Source of the DNA: the human T2T-CHM13v2.0 reference genome, Homo sapiens
Assembly: GCF_009914755.1 (NCBI RefSeq)
Contig: NC_060926.1
DNA length: 64,000 bases
Strand: one strand, 5' to 3'
The notes under the pieces were generated by a model. The model did no database searches. It saw nothing but the letters and a program-made list of their open reading frames with translations, and was not told the DNA's origin. Shown in pieces: positions 14,074 through 28,180 of the stretch (within the stretch, counting starts at the first letter, position 1; each line of letters starts with the position of its first letter). The position numbers and the translations under genes were made by a program.

Positions 14074-14377
14074 CATATGAATTGATAAATATTTTTACAA
14101 TTTAATTTCTAATATGGTAAATATCAGTAAATATAACACAAATCTTTGTAGTCTTCAATAAGTGTAAAGCAATCTCAAAACCAAAAGTTTGAGGATCACT
14201 GGTATAAGGGAATAAAGGAACTTCATGTAAAAGCCTTCTGAGTGCATAAAATCTAGATTTTTTTATTGTCTGTGTGCTCCCTGTTTAGCTTGAGAATAGC
14301 ACTATGTGATTATGTCATGAGATGGCTCCTACCTTAATTTTTTTCCAATTGAAATTATATTTATATCTTTTTACTAG

Positions 14378-14655
14378 ATAGAAAAAAAGCATTAGAAGAT
14401 GTAGTACAACGATCTGGGCATGGGACAGAATTTAATAAACAGAAGCATCTTGAAGCTGCTGATAAGGGACATTCACCAGCACAAAAGCCTAAAACTAGCA
14501 GTGGAACAAAACCATCAGTTAAACCTACAAGCGCTACAAAGAGTGATTCAAATCTAGGAGGACATTCTATTCGTTGTAAATCAAAGAATCTTGAAGATGA
14601 CACTTTGTCAGAATGTAAACAGGTGTCTGATAAAGCTGTTTCTCTCCAGCGAAAG
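14378..14655 (+). CDS. ZNF638: ZNF638 coding exon ([14 protein letters not shown]...KAVSLQRK)
   Basis: tag|AT and AAG|gtaat; 278 nt, phase 1-0, open frame. Confidence 0.94.
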
Positions 14656-14672
14656 GTAATTCTTTAATTAAT

Positions 14673-14953
<281 letters not shown>

Positions 14954-15017
14954 TTCGTAATTCTTTGTTAGTGCAAATATGCGTACATTTGCTATGACAA
15001 ACAGAAAACAAAGTTGT

Positions 15018-15325
15018 TGCCAGGCATGGTGGCTTATGCCTGAATCCCAGCACTTTGGGAGGCCAAGCGGGGTGGATCGCTCGAGCTTAAGAATTTGAGG
15101 CCAGCCAGAGCTACGTGGTGGAACTCCCTCTCTACAAAAAATATAAAAATGAGCTGGGGGTAGCGGCGGGTGCCAGTAGTCCCAGCTACTTGGGAGGCCT
15201 TGGGAGGCTCAGGTGGAAGGATCACTTGAGCCCGGGAGGCAGAGGTTGCAGTGAGCTGAGGTCACACCACTGCACTCCAGCCTGAACTACAGAAGGAAGA
15301 CCCTGTCTCAAGAAAAAAAAAAAAA
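15018..15325 (+). mobile_element. Alu (AluJ-like)
   Basis: Dimer with A tail. Confidence 0.88.
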
Positions 15326-16229
15326 TGAAGTTGTCTTAACTTTTTTATTCCGTATTTCCAATAACTTTGAAATTATGAGTTTTGTTACATGATTTTAGTA
15401 TGGAATATTTTACTGGTTTTTCTTGTGAGTATAATAAAAGTCCAAGGTTCAAAATCTCGTAGCTTAGGAATTCCAGTGGTTTGGTATTTGATGTGTCAAA
15501 AGAACATTTTGATGGTTTGGCATTTTTGGCTAGCTTCACAAGCAGATCACTGTGATGAGTTTTGCTCTCTAATTGGGAAAATGAATAATCACCAGCAGCA
15601 TTATTGAGCTTTTGTAATCTTTTTTAGTAAGGTATAAGAGTGAGCCTCTCCTGAGAATTGATCATTATTCATCTGTTCTATACTTTTTGTGGTACAGTTC
15701 AGAAGTCAAATACTCTGTTGTACAGTGTAAAATTTATACTTTGGTACTGATTTATTAGTGTTATTTTGACTGTAACCTACTGGTTACGATACTAAGGTAT
15801 TGTTTTATTGTATGTGTTTATTAAATCACTATTAATATATTAAAACATCAAGAGACTATCTTCAGAGAAAATCCTAATAGGCCCAATATCAAATATTTTG
15901 TATATTTTAATATTAATAAGTCTTCAAGTATTTAGGTATGGAATGCATTGCTCTCAACAGTATTTAAATACATGAAAGACTTTCAGTAAGTGCTGTTCCC
16001 TGCCCCAAAGAACTTACATTTAGAAGGATAAACTTCTAATAATCAACCAGTAATTAACAGAATTTTGAAGAGCATTGGGAAGAAATTTTTGAGTATAGGG
16101 AAAATTTTGAAGAGGCTGAGTTAGTCTCATAATATGAAGTTCTTTTCATTTTGTTTCAAGACTTCTAGGTGGTGGCAGTGGAACTTTTTTTTTTTTAAGT
16201 TTTCTTATTTAGTAAAAAATAAGAGAAAT

Positions 16230-16821
16230 GGGGGTCTCGCTTTCTCACCCAGGCTGGAGTGTAGTGGCACAGTCATAGCTCACTGCAGCCTCAAGTTCCT
16301 GAGCTCAAGTATCCTCCTGCCTCAGGCTCCCAGGTAGAAGACTACAGGTATGTGCCAACACACCCAGCTGGGTGTTTTAATTTTTTTTTTTTTTTTTTTT
16401 TGAATCAGAGTCTCGCTCTGTCACCCAGGCTGGAGTGCAGTGGCGTGATCTTGGCTCACACAACCTCCGCCTCCCAGGTTCAAGTGATTCTCCTGCCTCC
16501 TGCCTTAGCCTCCTGAGCAGCTGGGATTATAGGCGTGTGCCACCACGCCTGGCTAATTTTTTTTATTTTTAGCAGAGACGGGGTTTCACCGTGTTGGTCA
16601 GGCTGGTCTCGAACACCTGACCTTGTGATCTATCCACCTTGGTCTCCCAAAGTGCTGGGATTACAGGCGTGAGCCACCAGGCCTGGCCTTTTTTTTTTTT
16701 TTTAAAAATATAGAGTCTTAGTATGTTACCCATCCTGGTCTTAAACTCCTGGCCTCAAGCGATCTTTCTGCCTTGGCCTCCCAAAGCAGTGGGATACAGG
16801 CATGAGCCACCATGCCTGGCT
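16230..16821 (-). mobile_element. AluJ with an AluS (16381-16688) inserted in its linker
   Basis: The two arms of an old Alu flank a complete younger Alu. Confidence 0.85.
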
Positions 16822-17333
16822 GTAATTTTTAACGTAAGCGGTAAAGTTGATACTACAGTGTATTCAAATGGTATGCATTATATATGAATTTTTAAAAATA
16901 TTATACCTGTCTAGAGATCATTTCCAATTATTAGAACAGAGGGGGTAAGCAAAGCTGTAATTTCAGCTTTACTTGTTGGTGGGCCATGTAGTTTCATAGA
17001 AAAATTCTCTCTAATGGCCTTGGAACATTCCATAGATCTTATTTGCTATAAGATGCTATAAACAGAAAAGAGCACCTGTAAACCATTTCTGGGTTAAAAA
17101 ATATAAATAACATTTCTTACCACTTTTGCATTTAAAATCTTATTAAAGTGTTAAAATCGTGATTTAAAAATGCGTAAAGGAGGTGGTGAAGGAAAAAGAA
17201 AAATGGGTAAAAAATATGGAAAAGACCCTTTAGTGTACTAATATTAGTGGTAGAAGAAATTATATAGGAAATTATTACTGTACATTGTAGCTTAATTTGG
17301 TTTATTTTAAATTTTCTTTCACTCCAAAAATAG

Positions 17334-17480
17334 CTTCGGAAAGAACAGTCATTGCATTATGGTTCGGTTCTTCTTATAACTGAATTACCAGAGGATGGTT
17401 GTACTGAAGAAGATGTGAGAAAATTATTTCAACCATTTGGGAAAGTGAATGATGTCCTAATTGTTCCATATAGAAAAGAG
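17334..17480 (+). CDS. ZNF638: ZNF638 coding exon, RRM1 N-half ([22 protein letters not shown]...PYRKE)
   Basis: tag|CTT and GAG|gtgag; 147 nt; RRM-like LLITELP...LFQPFGKV. Confidence 0.95.
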
Positions 17481-17659
17481 GTGAGTCATTTAGTCTGTGG
17501 CAAAAATTCATACAAAGTGATTGCTTTAATGATTCTATAAATTGCTGTTGTGTTCCTTAGCTGCTTGTACTGCATATATAATTGTTCTTTGAGAGTTATA
17601 TAAATGTCTGGATGTGAATAAGCAAGGCCGCAAAATAATGTTTTATATCCTTTAAAATA

Positions 17660-17852
17660 AGTGTTTGCCCACTTTTTCTGTAAAGGGCCAGCTAAATATT
17701 TTTGGTTTTATAAGCCATCTGTAGGATCTCAACTACTGTGCTCTGGCATTCTAGTACAAAAACAGCTATAAGTAATATGTAAATGCGCAAGCATGGCTGT
17801 GTCCAAAAAACTATTTACAAAAATAGGTAGTATGCCATAGTTTGCCAGTCAT
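17660..17852. mobile_element. MER58A-like hAT MITE
   Basis: TTTTCTGTAAAGGGCCAG...GCCATAGTTTGCC. Confidence 0.7.
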
Positions 17853-18003
17853 TACTTTAGAATACCAGTTAGATAATACTAAAACAAATTATTTCCTTTG
17901 TATGGTTAAGTATTTTCTGTGGGTTATATTCCTATAACTCACATGATAAAGTTAAGAACTGTGAACAGTTCTTCACATAAGCACAACATAAAATAGTTAG
18001 TTA

Positions 18004-18447
<444 letters not shown>

Positions 18448-18833
18448 TCAGGACAGGGAACATAGTGATAGTGTTGTCTTTGTTGCAAGAAGCCTTTAAA
18501 ATGTCAGACCTACCACAAGCTGGACCATATCTTCCCTTCCCTCCTGTTGTTCAGTGAGCCCTGCCTTCTCATTTCCTCTTCTTCCATGAGCCTGCCTGGA
18601 TTTTTTTTTATCTTGGTAGTGGTATAGAAATTATGTAAGGTTAAATGTCCATTTAATGTGTGAAACATCCTTAATCAAATTATACTTGACCAAAATAAAA
18701 ACAGGCAAAAGCAACCATGACTTGAGGTAGTTTCATAGTTTGATGTTACAAAAGAAAGGATTAAGCCCATTTTAAAATGCAGGAACTTTTAAAGATAGAT
18801 TTGTGACTAAAGATGGAATAAATTTCATTTTAG

Positions 18834-18956
18834 GCTTACCTAGAAATGGAATTTAAAGAGGCAATTACTGCAATTATGAAGTACATTGAAACAACACCTC
18901 TTACGATAAAAGGAAAAAGTGTGAAAATATGTGTTCCAGGAAAGAAAAAAGCACAG
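18834..18956 (+). CDS. ZNF638: ZNF638 coding exon, RRM1 C-half ([12 protein letters not shown]...PGKKKAQ)
   Basis: tag|GCT and CAG|gtaat; 123 nt; AYLEM matrin/PTB-type RNP1. Confidence 0.95.
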
Positions 18957-19629
18957 GTAATCTGGATTTAGGTCTTAAATGTTTTATCACTGTTGTTTTA
19001 GTTTAACTTTTTTGTTTAAGTATGGCACACATATAGAAATAGGCATAGAAACATAAATGTTAGCTCAACACATTATATGTGCATTAATTCAAGTATGTTG
19101 AAATTAAAACTTCCTCATACATGTATGGTGCTATATACAGTATTAAATAACGACGACTAGGAGAAAATACTTGCCATATATAACACAAAAATAGCAAACA
19201 TCTGTGAATCTGGTACCTAGGTCACAAAAGAGAACATTTGACAGTATCTGGAAGTCCCTTGCTTGCTTCTTCCCAATTCTTACACCCTCCCTTCTTCTCA
19301 CAAGTAAACACTAACTTGATTTCTAATGCCATAGTTGAGTTTTGCCTGTTTTCAACTTTACATAAACAAAATCGTATAGTGTACATTCTTTGGGCCTTTA
19401 CTTCCTTAGAAGTATCAAGTTTTGTAACTTTAATTTTTCTAGATCATTTCTGTGCTTCAGTTCATATGATCGTAGATAATATCTATAGAATTACTTTAAA
19501 TTACCCTTTAAGGATGAGCTTTCTGTTAAGTAAAAAGCTATATGTATATCTCACCTGTAAGGTTTTCTTTGTGTATGTGTGTGTTTTTTAAAATAGGGTG
19601 TTGAGAAAATATTTTTATATCTTAAAAAA

Positions 19630-21685
19630 AATTATTGTATTTTTAATTTTTGTGGGTACATAGTAGGTATATATATTTATGAGGTACATGAGATGTTTAG
19701 ATGCAGGCATGCAGTGTGTAATAATCACATTATGGAAAATGGGATATCTGTCCCCTCCAACATTTATTCTTTGTGTATCAAATAATCCAGTTATACTCTT
19801 ATAATTGTTTAAAAATGTAACATTAAATTATTTTTTACTATAGTCACTCTGTTGCGCTAGCTAATACTGGGTCTTACTCATTCTGTTTTTTTTTGGTACC
19901 CATTAATTATCCCCTCCTCTACCCCCTATTACCCTTCCCAGCCTCATAACCATCCTTCGACTTTCTGTCTCCATGAGTTCAGTTGTTTTAGAGCCCACAA
20001 ATTGTGGGATTTTTTAGATACCACAAATAAGTGGGAACATGTGATCTTTGTCTTTCTGTGCCTGGCTTATTTCACTTAATATAATGACTTCCAGTTTCAT
20101 CCATGTTATTTTAAATAACTGAATCTCATTCATTTTTATGGCTGAAGAGTACTCCATTGTGTTATGTACCACATTTTCTTTATCTATTCATGTGTTGATG
20201 GACACTTAGTTTGCTTCCAGATCTTAGCTAATGTGAACAGTGCTGCAAGAAACATGGGAGTACAGATACCTCTTCAATATACTGATTTCTTTTCTTTTGG
20301 GTATATATACCCAGCAGTGGGATTGCTGGATTGTATGGTTGATCCTATTTTTAGTTTCTTAGGACCCTTCAAAATGTTCTCCATAGTGATCGTACTAATT
20401 TACGTTCCCACCAACAATATACTGAGGGTTCCCTTTTCTCCACATCCTGGCCAGCATTTGTTTTTGCCTGTCTTTTGGATAAAAGCCATTTTAACCGGGG
20501 TAAGATGGTATCTCATTGTAGTTTTGATTTGCATTTCTGTGATGATCAGTGATGTTGAGTACCTTTTCGTGTGCCTTTTTGCCATTTATGTGTTGTCTTT
20601 TGAGAAATGTTTCTTCAGATCTTTTGCCCATTTTTTTTTTATCAGAGTATTAGTTTTTTTTTTCCTGTAAAGTGGCTTGAGTTCCTTATATATTCTGGTT
20701 ATTAATCCCTTGTCAGATTTTTTTCCTGTAAAGTGGCTTGAGTTCCTTATATATTCTGGTTATTAATCCCTTGTCAGATGGATAGTTTGCAATTATTTTC
20801 TCTCATTTTGTGGGTTGTCTGTTGTTTCCTTTGCTCTGCAGAAGCTTTTTAACTTGAAGTGGTCCCATTTGTTCATTTTTGTACAGCATTTGCCTGTGTT
20901 TGTGGGGTATTACTGAAGAAATATTTGCCCAGACTGATGTCCTGGAGAGAGAGTTCCTCCAGTGTTTTCTTGTAGTAGTTTCATAGTTAGAGATCTTAGA
21001 TAAAAGTCTTTAATCTATTTTTATTTGATTTTTGTATATGGTGAGAGATAGGGTTCAGGTTCATTAATGCATATGGATATCCAGTTTTCCCAGCTGGTAC
21101 CTCCCTAGGTTACATGCCATCCCAGCCCACTAGCTCTAATCCCAGCCCCAGCCCTAAGAGTTGCCTAGGAGTTGTTGTCCTTGTGTCCTAGACTACCTTT
21201 CAGGTTTACCTAGCACCCTGGAGCACTTTAGCCCATGGTAGTGAGACTTGCCAAGAAATTCAGATTCTTATTGCCGGGATGGATGAGTCCTCTTTGGCTA
21301 GGTCTGGTCCAAAGGCTCCTTCAGTGCATGGGTGCTGGCTGAGTACAGCATGGCTTTGCTGTCCACTGTGACAGAGCAGCACTGAGTTCAATGTAAAGTC
21401 CCCTAGTTACTGCGCTGTCCCTTCCTAAAGTGCACAGACTCTGTCCATGTTGTGGGGCCAGATTAGGGAGGTGTGCTGTCAGGGATTTAAGGCTGTCTCT
21501 GCTACCCTCGTCAATGCCTCTTTCAGTGATACAAAGTCAAAACCAGGTAGTATGAATGCTCACTTGATATTTGGTTCTTGTGATGATGCTTTTCTGTGTG
21601 CAGATAGTCGTTAAAATTTGGTGTTCCTGCTGGGGATGGGATGAACAGTGTAGGGTTCTATTCTACCATTTTGCTCCACCCAGCT
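19630..21685 (-). mobile_element. L1MA-type LINE: 3' end/ORF2 tail (19630-~21095) joined to a 5'UTR-like segment (~21096-21685)
   Basis: ORF 20400-20585 [18 protein letters not shown] is the L1 ORF2 C-terminus; 3' UTR features present; the distal part resembles an L1M 5' end. Confidence 0.75.
20657..20778. repeat. Perfect 61-bp tandem duplication
   Basis: 20657-20717 is identical to 20718-20778. Confidence 0.95.
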
Positions 21686-22386
21686 ATGTGTTCTAGTAAT
21701 TTAATTTTTCTACTAGCTGTGGAATGGCTACTTTATAGAGGTTCTATAACACACATTTCTCAATAATTTGATTTGGTAGTCTAACCATGTTAGTGCATTC
21801 CTCATTCTTTGTAACTTCTCTATAGTGTTTCTCTGTATGAATATACCACAGATGTATTACCAATTCCTTACTGATTGATATTTAGGTTGTTTCTAGAAAC
21901 AGAACTTTAGTTAACACCTTGTGTACCTTCACAGGCCATCTTTTGACATTTATGATAGTGGTTTTTTAGGTGATACCTACCCAATGGAATGGTTGGTTTA
22001 TAGGATGCACAGTAATGGATAATATAAGATTGCTCACTAAATAACTGTTATAATTTACTCCCTGGTAATTTATGAGAGTATTACCAACAACATCTTAATT
22101 TCTTCAGCTTTAAAAATTCGTTATATAGAAAATGATATCTAGTTTTAATTTGCATCTTTTTGATTATTCATTAGCTTCATCTTTTTATATAATTGTTAGC
22201 TATATCTATTAACTGTTTAAGTGAGTTGTCTGTATCTTTTCCTATTTTATTATTGTTGTCTTTTTAAAAATATTCATTTGAAGGTGCATGAATATTGTGC
22301 ATTCTAGACACTAATTTTGCATTGTATGTAAGAAGTCTTTTCTTACAGTCTGTTGCTTGTGTTATGCATACATATATCAAGTTTGA

Positions 22387-22667
<281 letters not shown>

Positions 22668-22785
22668 AAGTTTGATGTTTTTATGTACTCAAATTTATTG
22701 GTATTCTATGGCTTCTGCATTTTTTTCTTTATTATTTTTATGCTTGTGACACAGCCTCAGGAGGTTCTGAGGACATGTTCCCCTC

Positions 22786-23074
22786 TTTTTGAGACAAGGT
22801 CTCACTCTATCACCCAGGCTGGAATGCGGTGGCACAATTTCGGCTCATTGCCACCTCCGCCTCCCAGGCTCAAGTAATCCTCCCACCTCAGCCTCCTGAG
22901 TACCTGGGACTACAGGTGCAAGCCACCGCGCATAGCTAAGTTTTAATTTATTTTTTGTAGATATGAGGTTTCACTTTGTTGCCCAAGGTGATCTCACACT
23001 CCTGGGCTCAGGTGATTCTCCTGCCTCGGCCTCCCGAAGTGTTGGGATTACAGGCATGAGCCACTGTTTCTGGC
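22786..23074 (-). mobile_element. Alu (AluJ-like)
   Basis: Antisense dimer. Confidence 0.87.
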
Positions 23075-23591
23075 CTGCTTTTTTTTCTTTTGTCTTTTTA
23101 AGAACTTGCCTGTGCTAGTGCCTAAAAGGTTTTATTCCTTAATCTATTATTTGCAGCATAATATAGGATTGGAATCAGTATTATTTCCAAAATGGGAGCC
23201 AGTTAGCCTCAACACTATTTATGCCTAATTTATCCTTGTTGATTTGAAAAGCTGCTTTTATGTGTATAAATTCTGTATACATAGATGTGTTTCATACTCT
23301 TCTGTTGTGGCAATACTATGTGGTTTCTGTTACAACAATTATTATAGCTTCCTAATATTTCCCTGTCTTTCTTGTAGAGTTATTTTTCTTTGTTTATTCA
23401 TTTTGGTTAATGTTTTTCCTCTTTATTTAAATTCATTTTGTTTAATCTTGAACATTTACTCCTGCACATTAGTTTTAGAATCAGTTTAAGTTCTCTTAAA
23501 AAAAACTTACTGGAATTTAATTAATACTGTGTTGAATTCGTGATAGTATTTTTACAACACTAAGTCTTTCTATCAAAAAACATAGTTCGTT

Positions 23592-23885
23592 GGCTGGTGG
23601 CTCTTGCCTGTTATCCTAGCATTTTGAGAGGCTGAGGTAGGCAGATAACTTGAGCTCAGGAGTTTGAGACCAGCGTGGGGCAATACGATGAAACCCTGTC
23701 TCTACTAAAAATACAAAAATTAGCTGGGTGCGGTGGTGCATGCATGTAGTCCCAGCTACTCAGGAGGAGGCTGAGGCAGGAGGATTGCTTGAGCCCACAC
23801 GATGGAGAGGTAGCACTGAGCTGAGATAGCACCATGGCACCCCAGCCTGGGCAACAGAGCCAGGCTTTGTCTTAAACAAACAAAG
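23592..23885 (+). mobile_element. Alu (AluJ-like)
   Basis: Dimer. Confidence 0.85.
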
Positions 23886-25942
23886 AACATGGTTTGTCCA
23901 TTTAGATTTCCTTTTATGCCCTTTAGCAAGTTTTATTTTTTTTTCCATAAAGTTCTTGAACATTTTGTGGTGGTTAAATTTATTATTTTACTTATTTTTA
24001 CATATAGCTATTAGAGAGGATCTTTATTTTTTAGTTCTCATATGTTTTCTAGTTAGTTACTACTAGAGTAACCTATCATCCTAGTTTATACCTGCTACAT
24101 GCCATCCATTTATTCCCATTGTCCTGGTTTGGATAATAAATTAAATCGTGTGGCCTTAGTTATTAACAATTTTATCATTTAGGATTTCATTCAGTTTCAA
24201 CTAATAAAACCTCACTAGTGGATTGTTAACAAATAAGAGGTATATTTATCTCATAACAGAAATCTGCATGTAGGTGGTCCAGTGCTCGTGCAACAGCTCC
24301 ATAATATCTTCAGGAACCTCGCCTTGTCTTCCAGCACTACTGTCTGTAGAATGTGTCTTTCATCCTCATTTGTAAGATGGTTTCTGCACCTTCTGGCATC
24401 TTTTCTATCTTCGAGACATACAGGAATAAAAATGCAGAGCAAAATGAGTTTTTGTTTTCTTTTCTGGAAAGAGTGAGTTCCCCAGCAGCATTTGCCTGCA
24501 TTTGATTTACCAGAACTACCAGACACATGGCCATCTAGTTGCAGAGGCAGTTAAGGAGAAACAAGGATTAAATACATAATTTAAGAACTTAAACTTTATC
24601 CTGTAGAGAGGTATATGTTATTCAAGGTTTTTGAACCAGGGCATGACATAATAAAACGGAGATTAGAAAGATTCATTTGGAAATGGTTTGGAGAATGAGT
24701 TAGGCAAATGATTTTGAAGGCAAAGAAAGCCTAGCAGATTGATTAAAGTGGAGAAGAGCACTGAAGTCCAATTAGAAGACTTGTTTAATCAATATACTCA
24801 GCCTTTTGTGATAATGGTAATGGTTTGTGGGTAGATTAGTAACCTTGAAAACAGAAAGGAATAGTGGCTTATACTAGTGACTGTCCAGAAAGACCTAGCT
24901 GATCATTAAATTTTTGGAATTGTTGAGAAGGCCAGTTTTCTTTCATTCTAAACAGTTAACATAGTTAAGGAACATAGGTAAGGATACATTTAAGGAAATA
25001 GAATGTTTCAAATAGCTTAAAAAATTCTCTTGGCCAACTTTTTGATGAAGTTGGTAAAGTAGCAGTGTAAGTCCAAGAGCCCAGGCATATTTACTGTCAT
25101 GATTTTCATAGCAATGAATAGGTAAAGAAAATACGAGCACTAGAAGCTAGAAAACATGCCATTTTCATGGCAAATATTAATGTTCTTCAGCTAAATGTTG
25201 TTTGGATGATGCTGGAACAAGAAGGCTAACTCATGACACCTCTGTTGTGACAGAGCAACATGCCTAGGGATTGAGTGGAGGGAACTCTGAACAGAATTTG
25301 AGTTGTGCCTTCTTCATATTGGAAGTATGTGGACAATTGTTTTTGTTGTTGTTTGTTTGTTTGTTTGTTTTGTTTTGTAAATAAGTGTCTGAGGCAGGAA
25401 GGGGCAATCTTTTTGGCCTGTTACCACTTCAAGTTTTTCTACCAGTGCAAGCCAAAAATAAGCTGAAAGAACAAACTAGGAAGAAGAAGAGCTGTGCTAT
25501 AGCTTTCTTGGTCCAAATCTTGATTTTGGCATGGCATGTCAAAACCTAGAAAAAACTTACCCGCCCAACATTTGATATTTCATGTTAGGACTGCCTCTAA
25601 CTCTAGCTGTGTTTCATGTAACATCTTCTCCATTTTGCTGCTTCTATGAATCTAAATATTACAGAAAAGGTAAAAAAATCCTATATCCCTATGTTAATAT
25701 GGATTTGTACAACTCTTGTCAGAAACTAGGTAACTTAGTCTTTAATAATAACCTTGTAACCTAGTCTTTAATAATAATAATTTAATAATAACCTCGACAT
25801 CCATTCTTAGCAGTGATTCTTAAGTCTTTTTGAGCTACTCCTTGCCCCACCGTTACCAGTAATCCGATGAAAGCAAACATTCTTTTTTTCCCAGGGAAAG
25901 GGCCATATTCTCATACTTCGAAAGTTTTCTTTAAAGTATCAG

Positions 25943-26191
25943 GAGCCCAGTGCAGTGGCTCATGCCTGTAATCCCAGCACTTTGGGAGGCCGAGGCAGGA
26001 TGATTGCTTGAGCCCAGGAGTTTGAGACTAGCCCAGGCAATATAGTGAGCTCTTATCTCTACAAAAAATTAAAAAATTGACCTAGTGTGGTGGCACGCAC
26101 CCAGCTGCTGGGTAGGGTGCGGTGGGAGGATCGCTTGAGCCTGGGAGGCGGAGGTTGGCTGGGTGACGGAGTGAGACCCTCTCTCAACAAA
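25943..26191 (+). mobile_element. Alu (AluJ-like, deleted)
   Basis: Dimer with gaps. Confidence 0.85.
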
Positions 26192-27434
26192 AGGGAGCTG
26201 GGGGATGATCAGGAGCCCTTGATGTGGAAAAAAGTAGGATCAGATTTCTAATAAAACGCTTTCAGCCATGACATACTACTGCATTTCACCCTTGTGCAAA
26301 AAAAACAATTTTTAAAACTTCAATTCAGTGTTTTCAGCAAGATTCATGGGGACATTACAATTAAAACTGGAGCAAGTAGTCAACTAGGAATTGCATGGAT
26401 ATGAAAAATAATGCTGGGCGTTAGTGAATATTTGAGCATTACAGAAAATCTAATGAATTAACAAGGAGATAAAAGCGAAAATACGCAATCAGAATTTGGA
26501 TGAGAGGTTTTCATTTTAATTCTGAAACTATTTCTTATTAGTTAAGCATCTGTTATGCCTCTGTTGTGTCAGGCATTGTAATATCTACAGAAGATGCAGT
26601 GGTGAGCAAGAGAGGTGTGATCCTACTCTTGGTGTGAAAGTTAAAAGAGTGAAAAATGATTAGAGGAAAGGCATGGTAGATATATTTAGAAGACACAATC
26701 TGTACATAAGTGGAATTCCAGAAAGAGGACATCATTTAAATTCTGAGGATTTTAAATTTCATGGTTATGGTGGGGCACCTTATAGTGATCTAGGCAGAAA
26801 ACAGTTTAACTATACAAAGAAATAGTCTAGCCTTAGATTGCAAAGCAACACATTCTTAAGAGTTGGGTGGGAAAAAGATTATGATTCGTTGTAATTGAGT
26901 ACATTCATTTCAAGTGGAATCCTAAGGTGTGTGTTAAGGCAGTATTTATTCTCCGACATGCATGGACGTAGAAGATATTTCACTAATACATCTTTTTCTA
27001 AAACATTAAAATGAAGATCTTAAGAAATGGAGAAGTTATTGTATAAAATGTTGGCGGTGAACAATGAAACCAGTTAAACATAGACTAAAATCTAAATAAT
27101 CACATTTTTATAAAATAAATTTCAAAAAATATCACTTAAAATTACCAGAAAGATAATTTTCGTGTGAAATGTATAATCAAAAATTGGAATGTAGCCAAGG
27201 AGTAAAGGCTAAATGTTTCAACTTATACATCGGAACATAGTAGTTTCAAATTTCTTTTAAAATTGAAAATTACCATTAGTAGAATAGCACTAGAACTAAT
27301 TTCTTCTAAATAATTGAGTTGAAGGAACATGTGGGATAAAATCCCATATAGTGCAAAAGGAAATGACAAGAGTGCCCAAAAAGAACAGAAAGTATGAAAT
27401 TGCATGAGAACAGTTATGATGAAATTCAGATCAA

Positions 27435-28120
27435 TTAACAAATACTTGCTGAATGTTTAAGCATGACTTTATGCACTGGGAATAGAATATTGAAGAACAC
27501 AAAGTCTCTGGTATCACAGAGTTTTAACTTCAAGGGGTAGAGAGAGAAAGACCACAAATAAGTTAAAAATGCATATGTATTATGTTTGTTTTCAACAAGT
27601 GCTATGGTAAAAAAAAATTAGGAAAGGGGAATAGAAGTACTCTTGTTGGGGAATGAAGAGCTGTGCAACTTTCAGTAAGTTAGTTGGGGAAGATCTCATT
27701 GAAAAGGTGATATATGAGCAAACATTTGAAGAAGATGAGGGAACAAACCACGTCCTGGATTGAGAGCATTCCAGACAGAAGGAATAGCACCTGTCAAACC
27801 TATACCTTTGTAGCATCTTAGAGGAGTAGAAAGGATGCTTGGGGATGGAGTGAAGAAGTATAGGAAGGAAGTGTATTGTGGTTTGGGAGTTAGAAGGTAG
27901 GTAGAACATACGTTGTAAACTTTTAGAGGCCATTGTTAAGTACTGGCTTTTTTTCCTTGAGTCTAATGAGAGGTTTTGAGTTGTGGAACAGCAGGTTCAG
28001 TCTGGGTTTATGTTGTGAATAGAGAGTGAGTGAATGGCAAGGACTGAAGCAGAGACCATTACGAGGCGATTGTAGTAATCAAAGCAAAAGGTAGTAGTAG
28101 ATTAGACCAGGGTGATAGCA
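27435..28120 (-). mobile_element. L2 fragment
   Basis: AACAAATACTTGCTGAATG start and GAGCATTCCAGACAGAAGGAATAGC typical of L2 read antisense. Confidence 0.6.
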
Positions 28121-28180
28121 GTTGAACTTTAGACATTTGAGATGTCACAGTGCTATGAGAAACCATGTTTTTGAAAGTTA

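Noticed and set aside
20164-20670. 168-aa hydrophobic ORF
   Set aside because: Antisense reading of an L1 3' region
25728-25795. GTAAC(T/C)TAGTCTTTAATAATAA tandem copies
   Set aside because: Ordinary AT-rich local duplication
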